Shown one piece after another: positions 12,514 to 22,721 of a stretch of DNA of 64,000 nucleotides. Every line of letters starts with the position of its first letter. The first letter of the stretch is position 1. The stretch spans positions 1 through 64,000 of the forward strand of contig JALAGF010006677.1 in the NCBI GenBank assembly GCA_030167865.1, given 5' to 3'. The notes under the pieces were generated by a model. The model was not told the DNA's origin and made no database searches. It worked only from the letters and a program-made list of their open reading frames with translations. The translations under genes and the position numbers were made by a program. The stretch is from Craspedostauros australis (Eukaryota).

Positions 12514-13217
12514 GTTTATCACTGACTCGTCGCTCTTTCTGAGCAACATGAGAGGAACAGCCTGAGGAGGCTACGATAATACTGGAGCTGCGAAATCGCG
12601 TAGTATCCGCCATGGCCGGCACAGCCTGCGCAGTGCGGCGTCTCCTAAGACAATCATGTGCTGATGTATTTTGGTCAACATCAGAGGGACGTCAACTCAA
12701 TGTGACGCAATTGCGCGATTGAGTGGCATCGATGGACGCATCGACCATGAGACCNNNNNNNNNNNNNNNNNNNNNNNNNNNNNNNNNNNNNNNNNNNNNN
12801 NNNNTCAGAGGGACGTCAACTCAATGTGACGCAATTGCGCGATTGAGTGGCATCGATGGACGCATCGACCATGAGACCAACATGTGATCCTTGAGTCAAC
12901 CCGTCCGCTGTGACGGAATAGATCCTGGGTATATACAAAATTCCCGCTTCTCGACTTCACCAAATATGGAAGGAACGCGCAGTAGCACGGAGCTACTTGT
13001 GGGATTAGGGCATGACGAGTATTAGAGCAGACACGCCTTGTTCCAGCATATGATCTGCTATGTTCTGCTTGTTGGTCTGTTGTTTTCCATGCATCACGGA
13101 ATGCATTCGCTTTGCTCACAATTTCCAAATCTCGCACGATTGAAATACGATTAAACACAAACACAGACACCAACAGCATCAAACAAGACGATATCGCAAC
13201 ATCCAAAGACATCCACG

Positions 13218-14720
13218 ATGGCAGGAGCAGCAGCCGAAATTCAGAATTACTTTCGCAATGTGTTGCTGTTTCCGGATGACACGATTGGAGAAGCGATCAA
13301 GGAGCAGGGAATATCATCATTCGATGACCTGCTTTCATTCGACGACGACGATATACAGGCGTTATGCGAACGCATTCGAAAAGGCAGTGGTTATATCGCA
13401 AATCCAGCATACGTACCCTCAAAGCCAGTCTCTGGGACACCCGTAATGATACGCAACCCAGGAGTGCCTCTTGGATGGGTATATGAGATGAGATTGCGAA
13501 AGCTTCGCTATATTCGCTTTCACTACAGCCGCATTCAACGAACATTCAATTCAGCAGGTGCCACACTATCCCGACTCAACACAGTTTGGAGCTTGTTCAA
13601 AGACGAGAAACGAATTAAAGACAGTGAACAGCTTCCAACACCAGAACTACTCACCAAGGTGGATTCAGTTAGAGAGACGCTGGAAGATATCCGCAACTAC
13701 TTGGACAACACGCTTGGGAGTCAAGACATTCCACTTGCATACGTTGTTCGACCAGATTCAGAGAAGCCAGAGGACAGAATTCCCGCTGTCATAACATCAT
13801 TTGGAGAACCAACCATGTTGGACGAACTGATTGATCGTGCATCTCATTCCAGTTCCAGTTCCATTTACAAAGCAGACAGAGCAGCAGTTTGGCAAGTTGT
13901 TAGAGCTGCAACACACGGTGGTCCTGCGTGGAATTGGGTACAGGGATTCGAGAGATCGAAAGATGGACGAGCAGCTCATCAGGCGCTTGAGCAACACTAT
14001 CGTGGAGACTCATTTCAAGCACGCACGAAAGCATCGGCTGACAAAACGATCGCTGAGACATACTTCGATGGAAGAGCACGAAACTTCACGTTTGAGATGT
14101 ACGCACAGCGATTGAATGCAGCCTTTGAAGATCTTGCGCAGGGAGGTGAACCGCAGATGGAAGAAGCAAAAGTCAGACGNCTTATGCGAGGAATCAGAGA
14201 CCAACGTCTGTTCCCAGCATGCGAAGTCGTACGAGCAACGAAAACGTACAAGACCAGCTTTCATCAAACGGTGAACTACCTCGCAGAGTCTCTTGATCAG
14301 CGCACTGACACAACGACAAGTCGACGTATTGCAGGAATGCAAGGCAACAACAGGAAGAACCGAGGCCGCTCAGGTGGCGGTGGAGGCCAAGGCCGGGGTG
14401 GCAGGGGCGGACGTGGTAAAGGCGGCGACAAAAGCAAACCACAATACAATGCCAACATGAACGTGACCGACAGATATTACGACCGTGATGAATGGGCAGT
14501 TATGTCTGCCGCACAGCGTGCACGTGCCATTGCACTTCGACAAGAACGAGATGCGAGAAGAGGAGTTGCATCATTTGATACGCAGGGACAGAGCAAACGT
14601 CAGCGAACAGATAGTCAGGACGCGACGACTTCTGTTGCCTTGGGAAGTGCCTCTGCCAACCAACGCAAGAGCAGCATCGGGGCATTCATGACACGTCGCA
14701 ATCAACAAGGCCAATCCTGA
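13218..14720 (+). CDS. gag: Retrotransposon Gag
   Basis: 500-aa ORF after the 5' LTR. It contains IPLAYVVR and DGRAAHQALEQHY blocks, an RGG-rich tract and YYDRDEWAVMSAAQR. No CCHC knuckle is visible. Confidence 0.85.
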   Translation: MAGAAAEIQNYFRNVLLFPDDTIGEAIKEQGISSFDDLLSFDDDDIQALCERIRKGSGYIANPAYVPSKPVSGTPVMIRNPGVPLGWVYEMRLRKLRYIRFHYSRIQRTFNSAGATLSRLNTVWSLFKDEKRIKDSEQLPTPELLTKVDSVRETLEDIRNYLDNTLGSQDIPLAYVVRPDSEKPEDRIPAVITSFGEPTMLDELIDRASHSSSSSIYKADRAAVWQVVRAATHGGPAWNWVQGFERSKDGRAAHQALEQHYRGDSFQARTKASADKTIAETYFDGRARNFTFEMYAQRLNAAFEDLAQGGEPQMEEAKVRXLMRGIRDQRLFPACEVVRATKTYKTSFHQTVNYLAESLDQRTDTTTSRRIAGMQGNNRKNRGRSGGGGGQGRGGRGGRGKGGDKSKPQYNANMNVTDRYYDRDEWAVMSAAQRARAIALRQERDARRGVASFDTQGQSKRQRTDSQDATTSVALGSASANQRKSSIGAFMTRRNQQGQS

Positions 14721-15243
14721 CATGAGGTGGGAGGGCGACGCCATGCAACGGCGATCAGNNNNNNNNNNNNNNNNNNNNNNNNNNNNNNNNNNNNNNNNNN
14801 NNNNNNNNNNNNNNNNNNNNNNNNNNNNNNNNNNNNNNNNNNNNNNNNNNNNNNNNNNNNNNNNNNNNNNNNNNNNNNNNNNNNNNNNNNNNNNNNNNNN
14901 NNNNNNNNNNNNNNNNNNNNNNNNNNNNNNNNNNNNNNNNNNNNNNNNNNNTACACCACTTACATCCTCTTCTTTCCTCAATCACTATATTTTGAAACCC
15001 TTCCTCATCCGCTATTGTGTCCACACCAAATGCGCATGGCGGGTATCATCGTCAATGAGACACCATTGGTCATGCTTCCAGAGGAGAATCGTCATTCATA
15101 CTCACATTCTATTCTTTCTTCATATCATGATTTGCATATCCCTCTTCAGCTGAACGGAACGGTATCCTATTTTCATATTCGACAACCGACGCGNNNNNNN
15201 NNNNNNNNNNNNNNNNNNNNNNNNNNNNNNNNNNNNNNNNNNN

Positions 15244-18200
15244 CAGACCGTCACAACATCGCCATTCTTGGACACATTGGGGGACGTCACCAACGTACCA
15301 ATTGTCACAGCAGCGATTGCGTATGACAATCCTGTTTCGTACACCACTTACATCCTCTTCTTTCCTCAATCACTATATTTTGAAACCCTTCCTCATCCGC
15401 TATTGTGTCCACACCAAATGCGCATGGCGGGTATCATCGTCAATGAGACACCATTGGTCATGCTTCCAGAGGAGAATCGTCATTCATACTCACATTCTAT
15501 TCTTTCTTCATATCATGATTTGCATATCCCTCTTCAGCTGAACGGAACGGTATCCTATTTTCATATTCGACAACCGACGCGAGACGAAATACAGTCCGAC
15601 AGAGATTGCGTCCATGTATACATGACATCAGATGCATATTGGGATCCATCACAGCTGTCGACAGGGGACGACGAAGCAGCGATACGTGCGAAGCTTCAGG
15701 CAGATCAACAGATGCATATTGAATCACCGATCATATACGAGCATGACAATCGAACAATACATCACACGCGTACCTCGAATCGAAAGGGGACGATAACGCC
15801 AGAGCAGCTGGCAGCGAGATGGCGCATCGGAATCGAAGCAGCAAGACGAACACTTAATGTGACAACGCAATTAGCAGTCCGTGACTTCACAACAACGACA
15901 GGAACACGTCGACTGAATCCTTATGCGATGCAGCTCCGATACCGACGCCTCAACACACAAATGTACACCGACACGATGTTCGCGAAGACGAAGTCCATAC
16001 GTGGGAACATCTGTGCAATGATNTATTGTACACCATTTCATTGGGTCAGAGTGTACCCAATGGCGGCAAGGCGAGAGGCCGCGCAGACACTCGATGAGCT
16101 ATTCAGAGATTATGGCATCCCACACACAATGATACCAGACAACGCACGAGAGCTAGTTGAGGGCAACTTCAAGAGCAAATTACTCAAGGCTCAAGTCTCA
16201 ATCCGTCCCGTGGAGGCGTATATTCACAACCAGAACAAAGCGGAGGCAACGATCAGAGAACTTCGACGTCAATATCGGCGACTCATGACATCAACGAACA
16301 CACCTGCATACCTGTGGGATTATTGTTTCGAGTACTGTGCAGAGATTCGAAGCAACACAGCACTTCAGATATACGATCTACATGGCCAGACACCAACTAC
16401 AATCCTGACTGGCGATACCACCGACATCTCACACATTTCAGAATTTGGGTGGTTCGACTTTGTGTGGTACATGAATCTCCAAGGAGCAAACATGAACACA
16501 AAACATCTTGGTCGCTACCTCGGTCCGTCGAAGGCCGTGGGAGAAGCGATGTGCTCGTACATTCTCACATCTTCTGGCGCTGTTGTTTCTAAATCCTCTG
16601 TCATTCCTTTATCCGATGTCGACCTCAACAGTGAAGTAATGAAGCAGCAACAATCTGACTTCATGTCCAATCTACGAACTAAATGGAAAGATCGAATGGC
16701 AGGCATCAAGCCAGGGGACGACGGAGACGACGTCGACGACACAGCCGAAGACATTGCATTCCTGGAGCAGACCACATCATTGGAACCTTTGATAGAGCCA
16801 GCTGACACCGACGAAGACGCATACGATCGATACCTGTCCGCTCGAGTCAAGCTACCTGCGGGTGATGATATCCAATTTGGTACTGTGAAGCGCCAAAAGC
16901 GTGATGCGAGCGGGAAGCTGATTGGTCACTCACATTCAAATCCACTTCTTGACACGTCCATGTATGAGGTTGAATTTATTGACAGGCACAGCGAAGTGTT
17001 CAATGCGAATCAGATCGCAGAAAATATCTACGCACGAACAGACGATGACGGATACACAACACTTCTGATGGAGGACATCATTGACCATAAGCGACTCCCA
17101 ACCGCAGCAACCGCTGATGACAAGACGACCACGAAGACGACTAAGGGATGGAAGCTGTGTGTGTTATGGAAAGACGGATCTACATCATGGATTCATTTAC
17201 GCGATGCCAAGGAGGCTGATCCTGTGAAGACAGCCGAGTATGCAACCAACAACCAGCTCACCAATGAGCCCGCTTTTCGATGGTGGGTTCCATATACAAT
17301 GAAGCGGCGTAACCGCATCCTGATGGCCAACCGCAAACGATACTTCCGACGCAACGAGAAATATGGTCTCGAACTACCAAAGAGCGTCCAACGAGCTCTT
17401 GCTATCGACGAGGAGACAGGAACCGACTTCTGGCGCAAAGCATTAGAGAAGGAGATGAAGAACGTTCGACCAGCATTCGACATCAAGACAGAAGACACGA
17501 AGCCACCAGTCGGGTACACCTACATTGCATGTCACATGATCTTCGATATCAAAGTCGACCTCACNNNNNNNNNNNNNNNNNNNNNNNNNNNNNNNNNNNN
17601 NNNNNNNNNNNNNNNNNNNNNNNNNNNNNNNNNNNNNNNNNNNNNNNNNNNNNNNNNNNNNNNNNNNNNNNNNNNNNNNNNNNNNNNNNNNNNNNNNNNN
17701 GCAGATGTGATGAATGCATACCTCAACGCGCCATGCCGCGAACGCGTCTACACAACATGTGGACCTGAGTTCGGGGCAGACGCAGGGAAGGTAGCGGTAA
17801 TCTGTCGCGCACTCTATGGGCTCAAGTCAAGCGACGCTGCCTGGAGGGCGCACCTTGCAGAGACACTGCAGAACTCGCTCGGATTCACCTCGTGTCGTGC
17901 AGACAGCGATGTTTGGATGAAGCCAGCAGTTACGAGCGATGGGTCTGAATATTACGAGTACATCCTCGTGTACACTGATGATATTCTGGCGATCCCCAAA
18001 GATCCCAGCGCGATACTCTCACACATTGGTTCTTACTTCTTTCTCAAACCCGCCTCGATTGGTCCACCAACCACATACCTCGGCTCTACAATCGCTCCGT
18101 TCCATCTTACAGCAGAACCAGAGCGGCCAAAGTGGAGCATGGGATCTCAGCGATACGTCCAGAGCTTGACGCCACCGCCCTTTGTGATCCAGAGGAGATG

Positions 18201-18754
18201 AACTACTATCAACACCAGATTGGGCATCCTTCTACCCCGACGCACGCGAATTGATACCACATGATATGCCAAAACCAAGAGGCAAAGAAGTGCAGATGAC
18301 GTGTTTTGTTGATGCAGATCATGCAGGAGATCAATACACACGACGATCTCGAACAGGTGTTTTACTTTTCTTGAGTTCCTCACCCATCTTATGGTACAGC
18401 AAGAAGCAGAATGGAATCGAGACATCGACATTTGGTTCAGAATTCACAGCACTCAAGGTCGCCATGGAGATTGTGATTGGCATGAGATACAAGCTTCGAA
18501 TGATGGGTGTGCCTTTGGAGGGACCGGCAGACATCCGAGTTGACAACCAGAGCGTCGTTTACAATACATCCGCACCTGAATCACAGCTGAGAAAGAAAGC
18601 CAACGCAATTGCATATCACTTTGTCCGAGAGAATGTGGCGGCAGGAGTGGCAGTCATCCAATATGAACCATCNNNNNNNNNNNNNNNNNNNNNNNNNNNN
18701 NNNNNNNNNNNNNNNNNNNNNNGACGAGAGCAATCACAACACATTCTATTTTGA
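15244..18754 (+). pseudogene. pol: Pol (protease C-terminal part, DDE integrase, chromodomain-like module, RT, RNase H); gapped and frame-disrupted at about 18156-18223
   Basis: Integrase MYTDTMF / IPDNAREL / NKAEATI; RT ADVMNAYL, ALYGLKSS, YTDD; RNase H FVDADHAG, STFGSEF, VDNQSVV in a different frame (18218-18754). Confidence 0.88.
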
Positions 18755-18941
18755 GTTTGTGAGACTGCGCGACAGTACCCATCGGATGGTCGGCTGGGGA
18801 GTAACTTCCTGGTGGATGGGATGAGTGCCCTGTGGTGTCCATTCATGAGGACATGCAGCAGGTACATACCGTACGAATGAATATGAACGAGAGCACCGAA
18901 GAGATGAGACGATCTGACGAGCAGCAGAGCCACCGCATATC

Positions 18942-18948
18942 GAGGGGA
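18942..18948 (+). other. Polypurine tract
   Basis: GAGGGGA lies 1-2 nt upstream of the 3' LTR. Confidence 0.65.
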
Positions 18949-18950
18949 CC

Positions 18951-19118
18951 AAGCAGATTCGGACGTTATTACCGGTTATTNGAGCGTTAGACTGGGCACT
19001 TGCAGCTGAATCGTACGCAGCAGAGTAGAGACCACATGAGAGGTAATTGGCTCGTGCCTTGAGCTCATAATCCGTTGTTTACTTCCAATTCCATGCCTTT
19101 TCCCAGCAGGAGAGTTTG
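18951..19118 (+). repeat. 3' LTR (168 bp)
   Basis: Direct repeat of 12346-12513, followed by GGAGC. Confidence 0.95.
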
Positions 19119-19524
19119 GGAGCGCGTCACAAATTATCGTGGAAATGTTGATTTTCGAAACGTTGAGCGGTTGATGCGTCGTCAATGCGAACTTGAATTT
19201 GTGTCAGTTCGCGTCTGTCTTGCCATCCGCCATTCACTCAACTTAATCAACATTGCCGTTATTATTTAACCGTTCAATGTGAGGAGTTTGGCGAAAGTCG
19301 TATCTTTTTGGCGTGTGTGTTTTGTGTCGTTTGATGTTGAAAATCGTGTCACCGCAGAATCTGTGCCCTTTTGGGCGAAAATGAGGAAGAGTTTGCCACC
19401 AAAGAACAATCCACGCCAGAGAGACATCTCATCGTCCCACCACAAGAGTGCGTTGCCGAGAGTGGTTCGTCATTGCGGTCGTCTCCATCACCGAAGTTCC
19501 CATTCGTAGATCGTACATACTCGC

Positions 19525-20472
19525 ATGGTTGTCCCCACCCTCCACGGAAATAAGAGCAAGAGCAAGAGCAGCACCATGAGCAACATCAACATCCACACGA
19601 ATGGCAACACCGGCGTGAGACGCAGGGAGGTCTCGTTGTTCCCAGTGACGCGGATCCTCTCCGCCTTCGTTGTCGTCACTGTCGTCCTCGTTTGCATGGC
19701 CATCAACGGGGGCATCGATGAGCCTTCCGGCGATGCTTGGGGGCAAGACGAGGGCAACGTCAAATCTGACATGATGGCGTCTGCATCGTCCAGCCCGGCG
19801 TCAGCCGTCAAAAGCGACGGCACTGTCATCGTCAGCGGAACTCTGCCAAGGACCGCCGTCAAGTACTACAACTGCGCCCATCCGAGCAATGATGGCTCCG
19901 GTGGGCGCGGGAATCGACTCTCGCAAAAGGCAAGCCGCCAACAGCAAGAACGAGTGCCCCAACTGGCACACCAGGAGACTATCATCCTGCTGCACGGCGC
20001 GCGATTCACAAAGGAGGATTGGAAGACGAGTGGCATCCTGTCGCAGCTGTGCCAAGAGACGGCGGTCTGGGCCTTGGATCTTTCCGTCCAAAGCGACCAC
20101 GTCGCTCTGCGCAAGGTCTTGGACGAGATCGGGGCGCCGGCATCGCATGTCACGCTCGTCACGCCGTCGGCGTCGGGCAAGGCCGTCACGACCTGGATTC
20201 AACATGCGTCGTCGACGCCGCGTCTCGATATCTACCTGCAGCGCTGGATCCCTGTTGCATGCGGTTCCGTCAAGTCCCTCACGCAGCAGCAGCTGGACGA
20301 CGTCACCATCCCGCACGTGCTTGCCGTGTACGGGGATCAGGATGTGCGATTGGGCAAGGCGACGTCGCAACGGTTTGACAAATCCTTAGAACTCCAAGGC
20401 AAGCATGCAGTGTACTTGGATTCGCCGTTTGAGTTCGTCAGTTCTGTTTTGAACTTTGTCAAGACGACATAG
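19525..20472 (+). CDS. ABHD14-like alpha/beta hydrolase with an N-terminal membrane anchor
   Basis: IILLHGARFTKEDW, nucleophile elbow VTPSASG, VYGDQD and KHAVYLDSP match the ABHD14 pattern. Confidence 0.75.
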   Translation: MVVPTLHGNKSKSKSSTMSNINIHTNGNTGVRRREVSLFPVTRILSAFVVVTVVLVCMAINGGIDEPSGDAWGQDEGNVKSDMMASASSSPASAVKSDGTVIVSGTLPRTAVKYYNCAHPSNDGSGGRGNRLSQKASRQQQERVPQLAHQETIILLHGARFTKEDWKTSGILSQLCQETAVWALDLSVQSDHVALRKVLDEIGAPASHVTLVTPSASGKAVTTWIQHASSTPRLDIYLQRWIPVACGSVKSLTQQQLDDVTIPHVLAVYGDQDVRLGKATSQRFDKSLELQGKHAVYLDSPFEFVSSVLNFVKTT

Positions 20473-20700
20473 TTGCAGATGATGAAGGGGTTGAGTGGAG
20501 TGATAGCGTGCCATGAAGAGCATACTCCTGAATACTCTGATCTGCCCTACTTCAATTTCAATTTCAACATTGGAATCGAGATGACACTACCATACCAAAC
20601 CATACCAAACCATACATAGAATACATGGACTGCGTACATGACAACGGCATTATCGTAGCAACAACAATTGTTTTTTCGTTTAGCTCGTGGCAAAGGCAGT

Positions 20701-22143
20701 TCATTCCAGCTTGCCAACATCTTTCAATAGCTCCGTCGCTAATTCCAGACCGACTTGCCGCACGAACTCCTCCAACCACGGCCGGATGTGATCATCGACG
20801 CGCCGCGCTTTCGACAACTTGTCGTACGATCCCTTCTTCCCCGTGTGAGCCCACTTGCGAGGATCGTCGCGATAGCTCCACTGCTCGAACGATCCCAAGT
20901 AATGATGCACGACGAACGGCGCTTGGGCGTTGCGCAAGGACTTCATGTGCGCAACGGAACAGTACTGCTTGATGGGGCGGTGCACGTAGATGTTGTCAAA
21001 GTACAGCTGGTCATCGGCGACGCGTGAGACGTCGACCAGGGCCTTGCCTAGACGGTTGTGAGTGAAGTCATTCAAGCCGAAGTGATAGCGGTACCGGTAC
21101 GTCACGAATTGGGTTGCTTGGAATGGGGGCGGAATGGTTGGAGTCGGGATCGTGGAGCTCTCTTTGCCGCCGATGAATAAGCGGGGCGTTGGAAGACAAG
21201 GGTTGTCTCGAATCAGATTGGTTTTGGTCTGCTGGCCCAGATGGATGAGCTCCATCACGGTGCTCGGCGATGATGACGAATTCTTCAATGATATCACATT
21301 GGCGTCGTCTTTTGCATTGTGGTTCGGTAGGATGTACTCGTCCGTATCCACGAGGGAGGTCCACGTGTAGTTCTCCTTCTTGCACTCCTGCATGCATTTC
21401 AAGAAGAAGGAGGTCTGTCGGAATTTGTGCAACCGGACAGGCTGGGATAGATTATACAACGACTGGGTGCTCTCCGACAGCGAATCGTACGCGAAGAAAT
21501 CGCTGTCCGTCCATTCCGTGATGTTCATCAATCTCTTCCGGCGATATCGATCCAAGATCTGCGTTGGTGATGTCTTTGATGATGGATCCACGGCGACGAA
21601 TAATCTCCGTAGCGGCAGGACATGGTAATGGTACGCCAGCCACTCGATGAGGAAGTGGTTGTCATCTTTGATCAAGAGACAGCCGCAGAAGCTGTCCGAT
21701 TGTGGCATTGGGAGCAGCGATGGCAGTCGTAGACGTTGTGTTGACTGTGTCGACTGTTGTGACTGTTGTGACTGTGATGATGGTGATTGTGCTGATGATG
21801 TATGATTGGATGCTGGCGGTCCGTGTTGCGGGGAGTGAAATCGAGCCCCATCGGCCTCAGCTCTGTTCGCGCCTCCAGATGTATCGAGATGCATTGGCGT
21901 CGCTGGTTGCACAGGTTCCTGCTCCACTTGCTCCTGCTGCAGCGGCAATTCGAAGACATCATCCCCAGACGCAATGATAACAGTGGGCAGGTACCATAAA
22001 GCATCATCTCCAGTAGCACCCTTGAACACCTCTCGGTTGCTTTCGATGATGTACAATACGTGCGTGGACAGCAGGACTGTGGCTGCGACGACTACGACGC
22101 TCATTCGACTCCATTTGTGCACGTCTATTCGTTCGTCTCCCAT
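20701..22143 (-). CDS. GT92/DUF23-like glycosyltransferase, paralog of 5985-7786
   Basis: TM anchor, CGCLLIKDDNHFLIEWLAYHYHVLPLR, VDTDEY and VHHYLGSFEQWSYRDDPR. Confidence 0.75.
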   Translation of the reverse strand: MGDERIDVHKWSRMSVVVVAATVLLSTHVLYIIESNREVFKGATGDDALWYLPTVIIASGDDVFELPLQQEQVEQEPVQPATPMHLDTSGGANRAEADGARFHSPQHGPPASNHTSSAQSPSSQSQQSQQSTQSTQRLRLPSLLPMPQSDSFCGCLLIKDDNHFLIEWLAYHYHVLPLRRLFVAVDPSSKTSPTQILDRYRRKRLMNITEWTDSDFFAYDSLSESTQSLYNLSQPVRLHKFRQTSFFLKCMQECKKENYTWTSLVDTDEYILPNHNAKDDANVISLKNSSSSPSTVMELIHLGQQTKTNLIRDNPCLPTPRLFIGGKESSTIPTPTIPPPFQATQFVTYRYRYHFGLNDFTHNRLGKALVDVSRVADDQLYFDNIYVHRPIKQYCSVAHMKSLRNAQAPFVVHHYLGSFEQWSYRDDPRKWAHTGKKGSYDKLSKARRVDDHIRPWLEEFVRQVGLELATELLKDVGKLE

Positions 22144-22721
22144 CCTCTCGTCGCAACGGATTTGGCTTGCAACGTGGTACCGACGGCATGTAGAATGGAA
22201 GCAGAAGGATGAGCTTCACTCGGGCGAGACGATGGAGGCCCAGGTACGAGCTAGAGAGCATGTCATGTCATGCCTCCCATGGCTGTCCCTCATGTTGTGA
22301 CGTTTGTTGTGTGGGCGTACAACTAGTCGTGTTAGTGTGGTCGGACGCTTCGGTGGAAGACTTTTCGGATGTCTGTTTGGTCACAGAGTGACGCAAATAG
22401 GGTTACCTGAAAGTGCATAAAATCCGATTTGTCCTAATTAAGAGATACACGGAATGAAGTATTTCGATCCGAATTGGAGTTTCGTATTTAGACAATTCGC
22501 TCGTTGGAACCAAAGACGCAAGAACGTTCCGAAGTCTGCGCATGACGACCACCATCACAGACATCCGTTCTGGTGGATGAATGAGACAATGGAAATGGCA
22601 GCGAGACAGAGAACCGACTTCTCGATGGCGCGAAGAGACTCAGGACGAAGCATTCGCACAAGCACGCAGATGAACGGGCACGTATAATACATTATTCCCA
22701 AGGAGTCGACAAGTATACAAC

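Larger units (their letters stand above)
12345..19118 (+). mobile_element. Ty1/copia LTR retrotransposon of the diatom CoDi(I) type; young, RT apparently damaged
   Basis: Two identical LTRs, a flanking direct repeat GGAG(C) at 12341-12345 and 19119-19123, domain order gag-(PR)-IN-RT-RH, and purine tract GAGGGGA before the 3' LTR. Confidence 0.95.

Noticed and set aside
12680..12880. About 75-bp direct repeat in the retrotransposon leader
   Set aside because: The copies sit on either side of an N gap, indicating unmerged contig overlap.
14952..15193. Exact duplicate of pol sequence at about 15339-15580
   Set aside because: It is flanked by N gaps on both sides, so it is most likely a scaffolding artefact.
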